Shown here piece after piece: positions 1 through 11,841 of a stretch of 64,000 nt of DNA; the first letter of the stretch is position 1, and each line of letters begins with the position of its first letter. Below the pieces are notes generated by a model. The model searched no databases. It saw only the letters and a program-made list of their open reading frames with translations, and was not told the DNA's origin. The stretch is from the NCBI RefSeq assembly GCF_006345805.1, contig NC_043002.1:434001-498000 (forward strand). The letters run 5' to 3'. The translations under genes and the position numbers were made by a program. Origin of the DNA: Octopus sinensis. Lineage: Eukaryota.

Positions 1-780
1 CAGCTTTCTCAGAAGGATCTTATGATCAACCCTGTCAAAGGCCTTGCTGAAATCAAGGTAGATGACATCAGTGTTGGAACCTTCTCCCAAGGCTCTCAAA
101 ATGTCATCAAAATGATGCAGTAGCTGCGTCAGGCAATCTCTCCCATTACGGAATCCATGCTGGTTGGGGTTCAGCATATTATGACTCTCAAGGAAGTGAG
201 TCATACGCGATCTCAGCACTCTCTCAAATACCTTAATGATATGAGAGGTGAGTGAGATTGGACGGTAATTCACGGCAAGCGATTTGTTTCCTTTTTTGGA
301 AACTGGGACAACAGACTGGGATAGAAGGTCTTCTGGTATATATCCAGCATCCAGTGAGTTCCGCCACAGATTGGCTAGAGGGGGTGCAAGTTGGTTTTGA
401 CACATCTTCAAGACACAAGCAGGGAACCTATTGAGACCTACTGCTGAATTATGCTTCATTTCCTTTATTGCTGCTAAGACATCAGGAGCGCCAAAGGTTA
501 TGTCCGATAAAGTGTATTGGGGAGTAACATCACTGATACAGCCCAGATCAGTCATATCAGGATTGCTGAAAACAGAGCAATATTGTTTCTGCAATATCTC
601 TCCCATGGTTTTGGCATTGTCTTGAAGAGTACCATTTTCATCAATCAGAGGGCCAACAGTAGAACCAGTGACTGTGTTTTTTTGCAAATGAAAAGAACAC
701 TTTGGGATTGAGTTTGATCTTCTCAATGGCCCAGGCCTCTTCAGCTCTTCGCTGACTATTGATGATAGACATCATGTTGT
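1..780 (-). mobile_element. CR1-like LINE ORF2 fragment, frameshifted
   Basis: The reverse complement encodes pre-RT and RT sequence (VNYRPISLTSH, HGFRNGRDCL, YLDFSKAFDRVDH), homologous to 866-1447. Confidence 0.85.
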
Positions 781-793
781 TTTGGAGTTTATG

Positions 794-831
<38 letters not shown>

Positions 832-865
832 CTATATACATCTATATATACATCTATATATATAT

Positions 866-1447
866 ACATATATTTCTTGTGTCCTGAAGGTGTGTCAACA
901 CCAACTTGCATCTCCCCTTGCTAATCTGTGGAGAAACTCACTGGATGCAGGCTATATTCCAAAAAACCTTCTGTCCCAGTTTTCAAAAAGGGAAACAAGT
1001 CCCTTGCAGTGAACTACCGTCCGATCTCACTCACCTCCCATATCATCAAGGTATTTGAGAGGGTGGTGAGATCTCGAATAACCCAATTTCTGGAAAGCAA
1101 CAGACGGCTGATCTCTAACCAACATGGGTTCCGTAATGGAAGGGACTGCCTAACGCAGCTCCTGCATCACTTTGATGACATTTTGAGAGCTTTGGGAGAG
1201 GGCTCCAACACTGATGTCATCTACCTTGATTTCAGCAAGGCCTTCGACAGGGTTGATCACAAGATCCTATTGAAAAAACTATCCAACATTGGTGTCTCTG
1301 GAAAGTTACTGAAATGGATCAAGTGTTTCCTGACAGACAGATCTCAACATGTTGTAGTTGAAGGGGTAAAATCAAGCCCAGCCAAAGTCAGTAGTGGCGT
1401 TCCGCAAGGCACTGTGCTGGGCCCACTTCTTTTCATCATCTACATAT
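866..1447 (+). mobile_element. CR1-like LINE RT fragment
   Basis: ORF 928-1449 contains NYRPISLTSH, YLDFSKAFDRV and SGVPQGTVLGPLLF. It is cut off where RTE sequence begins at ~1448. Confidence 0.9.
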
Positions 1448-2109
1448 GACGCTTGCGATGGTAAGGTCATGTACTGCGGATGGATGAGGAGAGATGTGTG
1501 AAGAAGTGCCACTCCCAAACAGTTGAAGGTATCAGGTGGAGAGATAGACCCAGGAAGACATGGGATGAGGTAGTCAAGCATGACCTCAGAGCGTTGGGCC
1601 TCACTGAGGCAATGGCGAAGGACCAAGATCTCTGGAGATATGCTGTGACTGCGAAGACCCGGGCTGCTTCCTGCACCAGTTCCGCATAGCCTCCTGCCCA
1701 TTCAAAGTACCCTGGATCCCAGAACGTCCCGCTGTGCTTGAGGAGACTTGTTGAGTCAAGTACATGAACATGAACATTGAAATAAATATCAATGGAAATA
1801 GTAGTTGTGATACCTGTGCAGGTGGCATATAAAAAGCACCATCCGTACGTGGCCGATGCCAGCCCCTCCTTGGCATGTTAAAAGCATGTTAAAAGCTCCA
1901 ACCGATCGTGGCCGATGCCGGACTCCCCTGGCACCTGTGCAGGTTGCACATAAAAAGCACCCACTACACTCGCGGAGTGGTTGGCGTTAGGAAGGGCATC
2001 CAGCTGTAGAAACTCTGCCAGATCAGACTGGAGCCTGGTGCAGACCCTGGCTTCCCAGACCCCGGTCGAACCATCCAACCCGTGCTAACGCGGAAAACGG
2101 ACGTTAAAC

Positions 2110-2145
<36 letters not shown>
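1448..2145 (+). mobile_element. RTE LINE 3' end (ORF C-terminus, 3' UTR, (GAT)n tail)
   Basis: GHVLRMDEERCVKKC...RPRKTWDEVVKHDL; conserved ggaagggcatccagctgtagaaac; tail gttaaac(gat)n. Confidence 0.9.
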
Positions 2146-2163
2146 ATATATATATATATATAT

Positions 2164-3815
2164 CCGGCAAGACTAGTCAGGCCATAACCCGTGGCCCCTA
2201 CCTGGGACGTAGTCAGTCCACCTGTGCATACCTTCCTTCTTGTGACACTTGTGAAGACCTGTTGAGGCAAGTGAAAATCAAATCAAAACAAATCAAAATA
2301 GATGAACATCAATGGAATTTGTATCTTTGTGGTACCAGTGCCGGTGGCACACAAGAAAACCATCCGAACGTGGCCGTAGCCAGTACCGCATCGACTGGCC
2401 TCCGTGCTGTGGGCACATAACAAACACCATCCGATCGTGGCCGTTTGCCAGCCTCATCTAATACCTGTGTTGGTGGCACATAAAAACACCATCCGAAGAC
2501 CCGGCAAGACTAGTCAGGCCATAACCCGTGACCCCTACCTGGGACGTAGTCAGTCCACCTGTGCATACCTTCCTTCTTGTGACACTTGTGAAGACCTGTT
2601 GAGGCAAGTGAAAATCAAATCAAAACAAATCAAAATAGATGAACATCAATGGAATTTGTATCTTTGTGGTACCAGTGCCGGTGGCACACAAGAAAACCAT
2701 CCGAACGTGGCCGTAGCCAGTACCGCATCGACTGGCCCCCGTGCTGTGGGCACGTAACAAACACCATCCGATCGTGGCCGTTCGCCAGCCTCATCTGGCA
2801 CCTGTGTCGGTGGGACATAAAAACACCATCCGAAGACCCGGCAAGACTAGTCAGGCCATAACCCGTGGCCCCTACCTGGGACGTAGTCAGTCCACCTGTG
2901 CATACCTTCCTTCTTGAGACACTTGTGAAGACCTGTGAAGACCTGTTGAGGCAAGTGAAAATCAAATCAAATCAAATCAAAACAAATCAAAATAGATGAA
3001 CATCAATGGAATTTGTATCTTTGTGGTACCAGTGCCGGTGGCACACAAGAAAGCCATCCGAACGTGGAGGTAGCCAGTACCGCATCGACTGGCCTCCGTG
3101 CTGTGGGCACGTAACAAACACCATCCGATCGTTGCCGTTCGCCAGCCTCATCTGGCACCTGTGTCGGTGGCACATAAAAACACCATCCGAAGACCCGGCA
3201 AGACTAGTCAGGCCATAACCCGTGGCCCCTACCTGGGACGTAGTCAGTCCACCTGTGCATACCTTCCTTCTTGTGACACTTGTGAAGACCTGTTGAGGCA
3301 AGTGAAAATCAAAATCAAAACAAATCAAAATAGATGAACATCAATGGAATTTGTATCTTTGTGGTACCAGTGCCGGTGACACACAAGAAAACCATCCGAA
3401 CGTGGCTGTAGCCAGTACCGCATTGACTGGCCTCCGTGCTGTGGGCACGTAACAAACACCATCCGATCGTGGCCGTTCGCCAGCCTCATCTGGCACCTGT
3501 GTCGGTGGCACATAAAAACACCATCCGAGCGTGGCCGTCTGCCAGCCTCGTCTGGCACCTGTGTTGGTGGCACATAAAAAACACCATCCGAGCGTGGCCG
3601 TTCGCCAGCCTCGTCTGGCACCTGTGTCGGTGGCACATAAAATCACCCACTACACTCTCGGAGTGGTTGGCGTTAGGAAGGGCATCCAGCTGTAGAAACA
3701 CTGCCAGATCTGACTGGCCTGGTGCAGCCTTCGGGCTCCCCAGACCCCAGTTGAACCGTCCAACCCATGCTAGCATGGAAAGCGGACGTTAAATGATGAT
3801 GATGATGATGATGAT
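2164..3815 (+). repeat. Head-to-tail array of four RTE 3' UTR units (337, 337, 357 bp, then a complete 3' end)
   Basis: Units begin ccggcaagactagtcagg at 2164, 2501, 2838 and 3195 and are near-identical. The last unit runs on to the (GAT)n tail. Confidence 0.95.
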
Positions 3816-3819
3816 ATAT

Positions 3820-4247
3820 AGGAAATGACTAGAGACCGAGACCTTTGGAAGTGTGCTGTGCGTGAGAAGACCCGGCAGGACAAGTGAAACCATAACCCGG
3901 GATGTGCCAGCCCACTTATGCATACCTTTCCTTCTGGGGATACAAAACTCTACTTGTGAAGACCTGTTGAGGCAAGTGAGAATCGAAATCGATCAACATC
4001 AATGGAAATTGCAGCTGTGATACCAGTGCCGGTGACATGTAAGAGAACCATCCGAACGTGGACGTCTGGCACCTGTGCCGGTGGCACGTAAATAGCACCC
4101 ACTACACTCACAGAGTGGTTGGCGTTAGAAAGGGCATCCAGCCGTAGAAACATTGCCAGATCAGACTGGGCATGGAGCAGCTTTCTGGCTTCCCAGACCC
4201 CAGTTGAACCGTCCAACCCATGCTAGCATGGAAAGCGGACACTAAAC

Positions 4248-4280
<33 letters not shown>
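3820..4280 (+). mobile_element. RTE LINE 3' end
   Basis: Encodes ...DLWKCAVREKTRQDK*, then the modular UTR and a (GAT)n/(AT)n tail. Confidence 0.85.
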
Positions 4281-4333
<53 letters not shown>

Positions 4334-4425
4334 AATTTAAATTTAAAATAATAAAGGTGAAAAATTGAACATTAATTTAATTAATATCAATTTAAAACCA
4401 GTGGTGTAGCATATTGAAAATTCTG

Positions 4426-5340
4426 AAGTCTCACCAGGCCCAGTCTGATCTGGCAATGTTTCTACGGCTGGATGCCCTTCCTAACGCCAACCACTCCGTG
4501 AGTGTAGTGGGTGCTTTTTACGTGCCAGACAAGTCTGGCAAACGCCCACGATCGGATGGTGCTTTTTACGTGCCAGGCGTGGCCAGGCGAGGCCAAGTAG
4601 AGTTTTGTGTCCCAAGAAGGAAAGGTATGCATAAGTGGACTGGCTACATCCTGTGTAGAGGCCACGGGTTATGGTCTCACTTGTCCTGCCGGGTCTTCTC
4701 ATGCACAGCATACTTCCAAAGGTCTCGGTCTCTAGTCATTTACTCAGTGAGACCTAAAGTTCGAAGGTCGTGCTTCACCACCTTATCCCAGGTTTTCCTG
4801 GGTTTGCCTCTTCCACAGGTTCCCTCAACCACTAGGGTGTGGCACTTTTTCACACAACTATCTTCATCCATTCTCGCCACATGCCCATACCAGCGCAAAC
4901 ATCTCTCTTGCACACCACAACTGATGCTTCTTAGGTCCAGCTTTTCTCTCAAGGTACTTACACTCTGTTGAGTATGAACACTGACACTACACATCCATCG
5001 GAGCATACTGGCTTCATTTCTTGCGAGCTTACGCATATCCTCAGCAGTCACGGCCCATGTTTCACTACCATGTAGCATGGCTGTTCGTACAAACGCGTCA
5101 TACAGTCTGCCTTTTACTCTGAGCGAGGGGCCTTTAGTCACCAGCAGGGGTAAGAGCTCTCTGAACTTTGCCCAAGCTATTCTTACTCTAGCAGTTACAC
5201 TTTCAGCACCCCCCATCCCTACTGATTGGTCACCTAGGTAACGGAAGCTATCAACTATTTCTAGTTTTTCTCCCTGGAAAGTGGCAGAAGTTGGTCTCAG
5301 AGCATTTTCAGTGTTTATTGCTCCTGAACATCTGCCACTT
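4426..5340 (-). mobile_element. RTE LINE 3' part
   Basis: ORF 4740-5390 contains FRYLGD...ARVRIAWAKFRELLPLL...MLHGSETW...RWYGHVARMDED. Confidence 0.9.
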
Positions 5341-7748
5341 CTATATATATATACATTTGTGCAGATGTATACATATATATATATACACACATAATATATA
5401 TACTATGTATGTATGTATGTATGCCTGTATATATGTGAGATAATAGTTTCACTTTAATAGTTTCAGTATTAAAGTGAAAGTATCTGACATTACAAGAGAG
5501 AGATGTTATTGTTTCACTAATACTGAAATAGGAGAGAATATATGCTGTGGGCTCGCACGAGGCAAGAAGTTGAACATTTTTTTTGCCCATGAATCCACAT
5601 GGACCCTAAGTAAGGCATGTGTAAAATTTGAATGAAATTGGTTGTGTAGTTCTCAAGTTTTAGGGATTCACACAGAGAGACAGACAGACACACATTCTCA
5701 TCTTTATATGTATAGATATATTATACATACATATTAACAATTTACAGTACAGCTAGATATATACATACATCTATACACTGATCTAAAACAACAGAAATAC
5801 TAAAGGAAGATTGGAATTTAAGAGAAGAGAAAACCAAAATATCTCATGCTATTCATTTCAAAATTCCTCAGTAGAACTTATTACTATTACCTCCAACTTT
5901 GAAACTATTTGGAATGGTAAATTCGTTAACTCTGGCTTGTATTAGATAAACTATTTATTACTGTTACTAAATTTTCTGCAGCCACCTTCACATTCCATGA
6001 CTACCTTTGGGATCAATCAGGTACCAGACAAGGATTCTGGATTATTTTGCCTGTTTTTTTTTTTACTTGATTTTTGCAAGCGGTCAGGTTCGTTTTTAAT
6101 ATTCTCGTTTGTGAGAGCAGTCAAATTTATTTCAGATATTCTCATTTTGAAAATCATCACCGGGTAATTGTTGAGAAAACGTTGGTGTTGCCTAAACAGA
6201 GGTTTGCGCTCTCTGAGTGCTCTTGTTATTATAATCATCATTATTCAACCTCAAATGCTAAATAGCTTATATTTCTGGTAAGAATAACTCCATAACAATG
6301 CTGCTGATGAAGACTGATGACAATAAGGCCAACACAGTTTAGCAATATCCTATGTCTACTAAGTACAACTCTAAATGATTTCTAAGTCCCGAGGAGGGCT
6401 TTAAAAACTGATGTTTAAATTTGATTTCACCTCGGAAAAGAAACAATAAAGGGCTTTGACAAGGTTTGGAAAATGTAATGCTAGGGAGGACTTAACTGAC
6501 CAATGCAAACATTGAAAAGAGGAAAAGACATAAAAAAATGACGGTGAAATAAATCTCTACGAGATAGGATACTAGTCTACTAGAGATTATATGCATGGGT
6601 GATCATGTACCTCTTCATATCAACTAGATGAACTATGACAATATTGAGTAAAATATATGGTCCAGAAGCTCAATGCAATATATATATATGATAAGCTTGT
6701 TGAACTCATGAATGTGCTAGATGGAAGAAGTTAATTCTACCAATAGAACAATTCTTGTGGCCAACATATATTGGTAATGTTAAGATAAGTTGCAGCTACG
6801 AGGCAGGAACTAACATTAACATTGCATAGGACAGTAACAGAACAATTGAAAATGCAACACACACTTCTCTTCTGACCTCACTTTACCACACAGCAATGTC
6901 ACAAGCCCACATTCACATTTCCTCTTTGTGACAAAATATAGCATCCTTGTGCATGTAGTATGGTTCCAGACAGAGTATAATTTGACCAATCTCCTGCCCT
7001 TAATACATATCAGCTGAATGGGGTTGGGAAACATAACTTCCAACTACAAATATACCATAAATCAGTAAAATGATTTTTATAGGATACCTTGCAAGACTTA
7101 TTATAGCAATCAAATAGATGTCGATGACCAGGTCCGCCTTGGGACTAAATAACAACAACAATAATTATGGCTATTAAGCTTAGTCAGGAGAAACTAACAG
7201 TACAAATAATTTCCACAGCCACCACCAACCCTGAGGCTGGGGAAAGTGATGTGATTTATATTCTCCCTGTCCAGTTATAAGTTGATATATATAGGAATAT
7301 ATTGGTGAGGAAAGAATTCCAAAGGGTCAATATTCTGATTGACATATGAGTTTGTGGAAGTGAGAATGAATTTAGCCAACAAGTTATTACTTTTGAAAGT
7401 AATTTGCGCTGATAGTGGTAGCTTAGCTTACAAGTAGGCTTGTTATAGAGAGAGAAAAAGCAAGATATTAAGTGGAATATAATTAATATTAGAAACAAAT
7501 TACTTCACCTGCTACTTTCTCCCATGTGTGATGAAATGACCATCTGTCTTGCCTCTTTGCTCTTAATTGTACACCACTCATCAATTTCCCTAACAAGTGC
7601 GTGCATTATAAACACACCAACCAATGTGGAAAGCGAAAACAGCTAACAGCAATAACAACAACAAATAATAACATCTTATTTATCTGTATCTTCACTTTTT
7701 TTTTTTTCTTCTTCTTCCTTTCTTTGTTTACCTTGCACCACAGTACGG

Positions 7749-9025
7749 ATGGGCAGACAGAACAAAACTGCCACGGTATCATCCGCAGATGAGCCATGCG
7801 ACAAAACTGGTCGCTGTCCTACAATAGAACGTTGCCCGGCAAATCACATCTGTCATCTATGCACAAAACTCGAAAATTCCTTCCGAAATAGATGGGTTGA
7901 ATGCAGTAACTGTCGTGTTTCGATCTGCTTTCAATGTGCCACAAACTTTCAGAAGATCCCAGGTCAAAAGAAAGGACACCATACTTCTATGATGGATAAA
8001 CTCTGGGAAATGGTCCAGCTACCAAACTGGTCGTTTCATTGCCTGACTTGTGTGTCCCCTGCCACCATTGCTGCTGAACAGCAACAAAACCCGACAACCG
8101 TGTCCTCCGCTGCCATTGCTGCTGAACAGCAAAAACCAGCCCTGTTGATAAAGAACAACAGCAAAAACTGAATCCGCCCGTGTCTTCCTCCCCTGTCACT
8201 CTTCAACAGCAGCAACAAAAATCGGCCATTCATGTTGAAGAACAACAAAAACAGAAACTTAAACCCCCTATGTCTTCCTCCCCTATTGCTCTTGGACAAC
8301 AAAAATTAATCATTCCAGCCGAAGTACATCAGCAGGTACAAAAACCAACTATGCCCTCCTCTCCTGATGCTTCCCAACTAAAACAGAGATCGACCATCAG
8401 CACAGAAGTTGCAGAAATTAGACGAATGATTTCTGCTTTGAGTCGTGAAGTAGCAGGACTCAGAACCAGTGTCTGTCCAAAAACTCGCAGCGAAGGGTCA
8501 TATAGGAGTGCCCTGCTCAGCAACTTACCTGTAGCTCGTACAGAACCTCAACGCATCGAGGGAGTTGCTGAGCCGGCCACTCATAAATTAATGGCCATCG
8601 GAGTGCCGGAAGATGTGGCAGATCTGCAGGCATTCATTGGAAACACAGCTAGGGATCTCAGCTGTGTCCCTCCAAAAAGTGCTTCCCGCCTTGGCCGACC
8701 GGGATCCAAACCCAGGCTGATCAGGCTGTTGTTTACGGGCTTTACTGAGGCGCGGACATTCCATCTGGCTGCTGACAGAGCTCGGCGTGACAACATTATC
8801 AACTTTAGAACACGTCCTGGCCTACCACCCGATGTACGCCCAAAGATAAGATCCGTGGCTTCCCTAAATCGCAACTCTGTGCCACGGGAGAGTTTTAGCC
8901 TCCGCGATGATGGGCAGATCTGGAAATTCGTCAAGTCTGGTGAGTCGTGGATAAGGGATGCCAGTTGGACTGAGCAGACTACACCCACAACAACAACTGG
9001 CAATGCAAAAATCTTGGGAAACTAA
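7749..9025 (+). CDS. CR1 ORF1: N-terminal PHD-like Cys-rich finger, Q/S/P-rich repeats, coiled coil; one frameshift at the A5 run 8131-8135
   Basis: CHLC...CSNCRVSICFQC...WSFHCLTC in 7749-8171. The second frame (to 9025) continues the same EQQQKL.PP.SSSP repeat, and adding one A restores a single ORF. Confidence 0.75.
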
Positions 9026-9087
9026 CCAAGAACAATCAGCCATCCCCTGTATATCATCATCTGAAATCCAGATATAAACTGCTGTCC

Positions 9088-11841
9088 TTGAATGCCCGTA
9101 GTTTATGCAACAAGGTGCATCTTTTTGTCTCCTACGTCAAAAGTATCAACCCAGATTTCATCACAGTCACGGAAACGTGGGCACACTCTGCACTCTGTGA
9201 TGGAGTTTTCAGCATAGCCGGCTACAACCTGTTCCGCAAAGACCGCATTAATCGCCGTGGAGGGGGTGTGATGATTTATGTTCGATCAAGTCTATCGGCA
9301 ATCCCCTGTGATGATTTGAACCAATCTCAGCAGGAGGTATTTTTCTGCAATGTTCACATGACCATGTCAACACTTCTGCTCGGAGTCGTTTACCGTCCTC
9401 CAAATTATCGCCAAGACGCACAGCTTTTTGATATCCTCAGGGCGACTGCCATGAAAACAGCCACATATGTGTATGTTGCGGGGGACTTCAATTTCCCTGA
9501 GATTGACTGGGAGACCTTCCGTTGGCCGCAAAGTGCAGACAATTTCCTTGAACTGGTGCTGAATTCAAATTGGTCCCAAGTTGTTACCTCCCCCACAAGG
9601 GGTAACAACACTTTGGATCTGCTACTTACCGCTTCTCCTGAAACAATCATTAGTGTCGCTACCGAAGAACCTTTGGGTGACTCTGATCATTCCATGATCA
9701 TGGCCGACTTGTCTCTGATTGGTTGTAACAAAAAACACAACCATCTTCAGATTGCCCGCTTTGACTGGAATAAAGCAAACTGGAGCTCTTATTGTACTGA
9801 GCTGCAACGCCCAAACTGGCGTGAATTTTATGCCTCTGGAGATGTGGACACTATACTCCAGAACACTATACTGAATTCAATATGGGCAGCATGTGCAGCA
9901 TCAGTACCACGCAAGCACAAAAAACCACCCAATAGTGCAATTTGGGAGACTGCAGCAGTCCGACTTGCCAGGAAAGAACGCCGTAATGCTGAACGGGAAT
10001 ACAAATTGCACAAATCAGAGAGCAACAGGAAAAAGCGCAATAGGTCAGCCAACCACCTCAAGCAGGTGACAAAAAAGGCAATGCTTGAATTTGAACAACG
10101 CATTGCAGCTAACCCTGACAGCAAAGGGTTCTGGAAGTATGTGCACTCAAAGCAGAGACCCCACTCTCCTGTTGGTCCCCTTCGCAATCCCCACACAGGA
10201 CAGATTACTGGCAATCCCGAAGAATGTGCAGAAATCATTGCTGGATGCTATGCCAGCATCTTTACTGTCGAAGACCAAAATGTTCCATCATCATCACCAC
10301 TGACATCGGACTCTATATCTTCTATGCAATTTACACCAGCAATGCTGCAACGCCACCTAAAGAATAAACGCAATTATGCCTCTCCTGGTCTCGATGGTGT
10401 TACATACCTACTTCTCAAACGCGGTGGGTACTTTCTTCTAAGCCAACTTTCTCTATTCTTCCAATTCTGTCTTGACAATGGTGTTACTCCAGAACAGTGG
10501 AAAACTGCCAGTGTCATCCCTCTGTTCAAAAAAGGCGACCGCACATCGCCTGTCAACTATCGCCCCATCAGTCTTACCAGCTGCATCGCCAAACTGATGG
10601 AATCCTGTATCAGAGAAACCTTCTGGAACTTCTGGAAGTCTCACAGCCTCATCCAGCCGTCACAATTCGGATTTATTCCTAACTCCAGCTGCTGTAATCA
10701 ACTCATTGAGTTTCTTGAGGACGTTACCCAAATCACTGATCGCGGATCCTGGGTGGATGTTGTTTACCTGGACTTTGCTAAGGCTTTTAACTCTGTGCCA
10801 CACAAAAGACTTATGGTGAAGCTTTCTGCGTTGGGTGTAAGAGACGAACTCTATAACTGGTTAAAGTCCTTTATTTTCGGCCGAAAAGAGGTTGTCACAG
10901 TTCTAGGACAGGACTCGCCCTATGAGATGACATCTGGTGTGCCGCAGGGATCTGTTCTTGGCCCCCTTTTATTTGTTGCATATGTTAATGACATAGATGC
11001 CAACTTAAAGAATGCCACAGTGCTGAAATATGCAGATGACATCAAGCTGTACCTCGAAATAAAGAGGTCAAATCCTATACACTATGGATCTCTATTGCAA
11101 GCAGACCTGGACACAATGCAGCAGTGGATCATGGACTGGCAACTCAAGCTGGCTGTGGACAAATGTACCACCATGCATTTTAGGAGGAGAAACCCAGCAT
11201 CCACCTACTCCCTCCACAACACTAGTCTCAAAAAGTCTTCAAGTGAACGTGACCTGGGTGTTATTGTCGACAGTGATTTGCATTGGACAAAACACATCGC
11301 TAAAATTGTCAAGAAGGCTGAGGGTGTCTTGGCATCACTCACCAAATCCTTTGTGAGCCGCTCTCCAGCTATCTATCTGCGGCTTTATATAGCTATGGTA
11401 AGACCTCACCTGGAATTTGCATCACCGGTCTGGAACCCCTATCTTGCCCAGGACATCAATCGTCTGGAAGCTGTTCAGCGACGTGCAACCAAAAGAATAC
11501 CCTCCATCAGGCATTTGCCATATCTTGAACGCCTTACTTCCCTGGGCATGGACACATTGAAACTCCGACGTCTGGCAGCTGACTTGGCAGACACCCATAA
11601 AATTATCAACCATCGCACAAACAATAACTCTGAGCACCTCTTCAAACTCCACCCATCTAACACCCGTGGACATATTTACAAAGTAAGAAAACAGCACAGC
11701 TCCCATGACTTCAGGAAACATTTTTTCACGCTGAGAGTTGCTGAAGCGTGGAACAAACTGCCGACATCGGTTGTTAGTTGTCGGAGCACTGCATCCTTCA
11801 AGACTGCCATGCTTCCTGAGATTTGCCAACACTACACTTGA
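9088..11841 (+). CDS. CR1 ORF2: APE endonuclease plus reverse transcriptase, 917 codons without a stop
   Basis: EN motifs ITVTETW, VAGDFN, SDH; RT motifs GVPQGSVLGPLLF and YADD; CR1-type C-terminus (FFTLRVAEAWNKLP). The listed start is TTG; the first in-frame ATG is at 9271. Confidence 0.95.
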   Translation: MNARSLCNKVHLFVSYVKSINPDFITVTETWAHSALCDGVFSIAGYNLFRKDRINRRGGGVMIYVRSSLSAIPCDDLNQSQQEVFFCNVHMTMSTLLLGVVYRPPNYRQDAQLFDILRATAMKTATYVYVAGDFNFPEIDWETFRWPQSADNFLELVLNSNWSQVVTSPTRGNNTLDLLLTASPETIISVATEEPLGDSDHSMIMADLSLIGCNKKHNHLQIARFDWNKANWSSYCTELQRPNWREFYASGDVDTILQNTILNSIWAACAASVPRKHKKPPNSAIWETAAVRLARKERRNAEREYKLHKSESNRKKRNRSANHLKQVTKKAMLEFEQRIAANPDSKGFWKYVHSKQRPHSPVGPLRNPHTGQITGNPEECAEIIAGCYASIFTVEDQNVPSSSPLTSDSISSMQFTPAMLQRHLKNKRNYASPGLDGVTYLLLKRGGYFLLSQLSLFFQFCLDNGVTPEQWKTASVIPLFKKGDRTSPVNYRPISLTSCIAKLMESCIRETFWNFWKSHSLIQPSQFGFIPNSSCCNQLIEFLEDVTQITDRGSWVDVVYLDFAKAFNSVPHKRLMVKLSALGVRDELYNWLKSFIFGRKEVVTVLGQDSPYEMTSGVPQGSVLGPLLFVAYVNDIDANLKNATVLKYADDIKLYLEIKRSNPIHYGSLLQADLDTMQQWIMDWQLKLAVDKCTTMHFRRRNPASTYSLHNTSLKKSSSERDLGVIVDSDLHWTKHIAKIVKKAEGVLASLTKSFVSRSPAIYLRLYIAMVRPHLEFASPVWNPYLAQDINRLEAVQRRATKRIPSIRHLPYLERLTSLGMDTLKLRRLAADLADTHKIINHRTNNNSEHLFKLHPSNTRGHIYKVRKQHSSHDFRKHFFTLRVAEAWNKLPTSVVSCRSTASFKTAMLPEICQHYT

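Noticed and set aside
1440-1460. CR1-RTE chimeric retrotransposon
   Set aside because: More simply a 5'-truncated RTE inserted into a CR1 fragment; a single instance with no joined reading frame.
3340-3660. CRISPR-like repeat-spacer appearance of the RTE UTR modules
   Set aside because: Eukaryotic retroelement context, no cas genes, degenerate repeats and 'spacers' related to each other.
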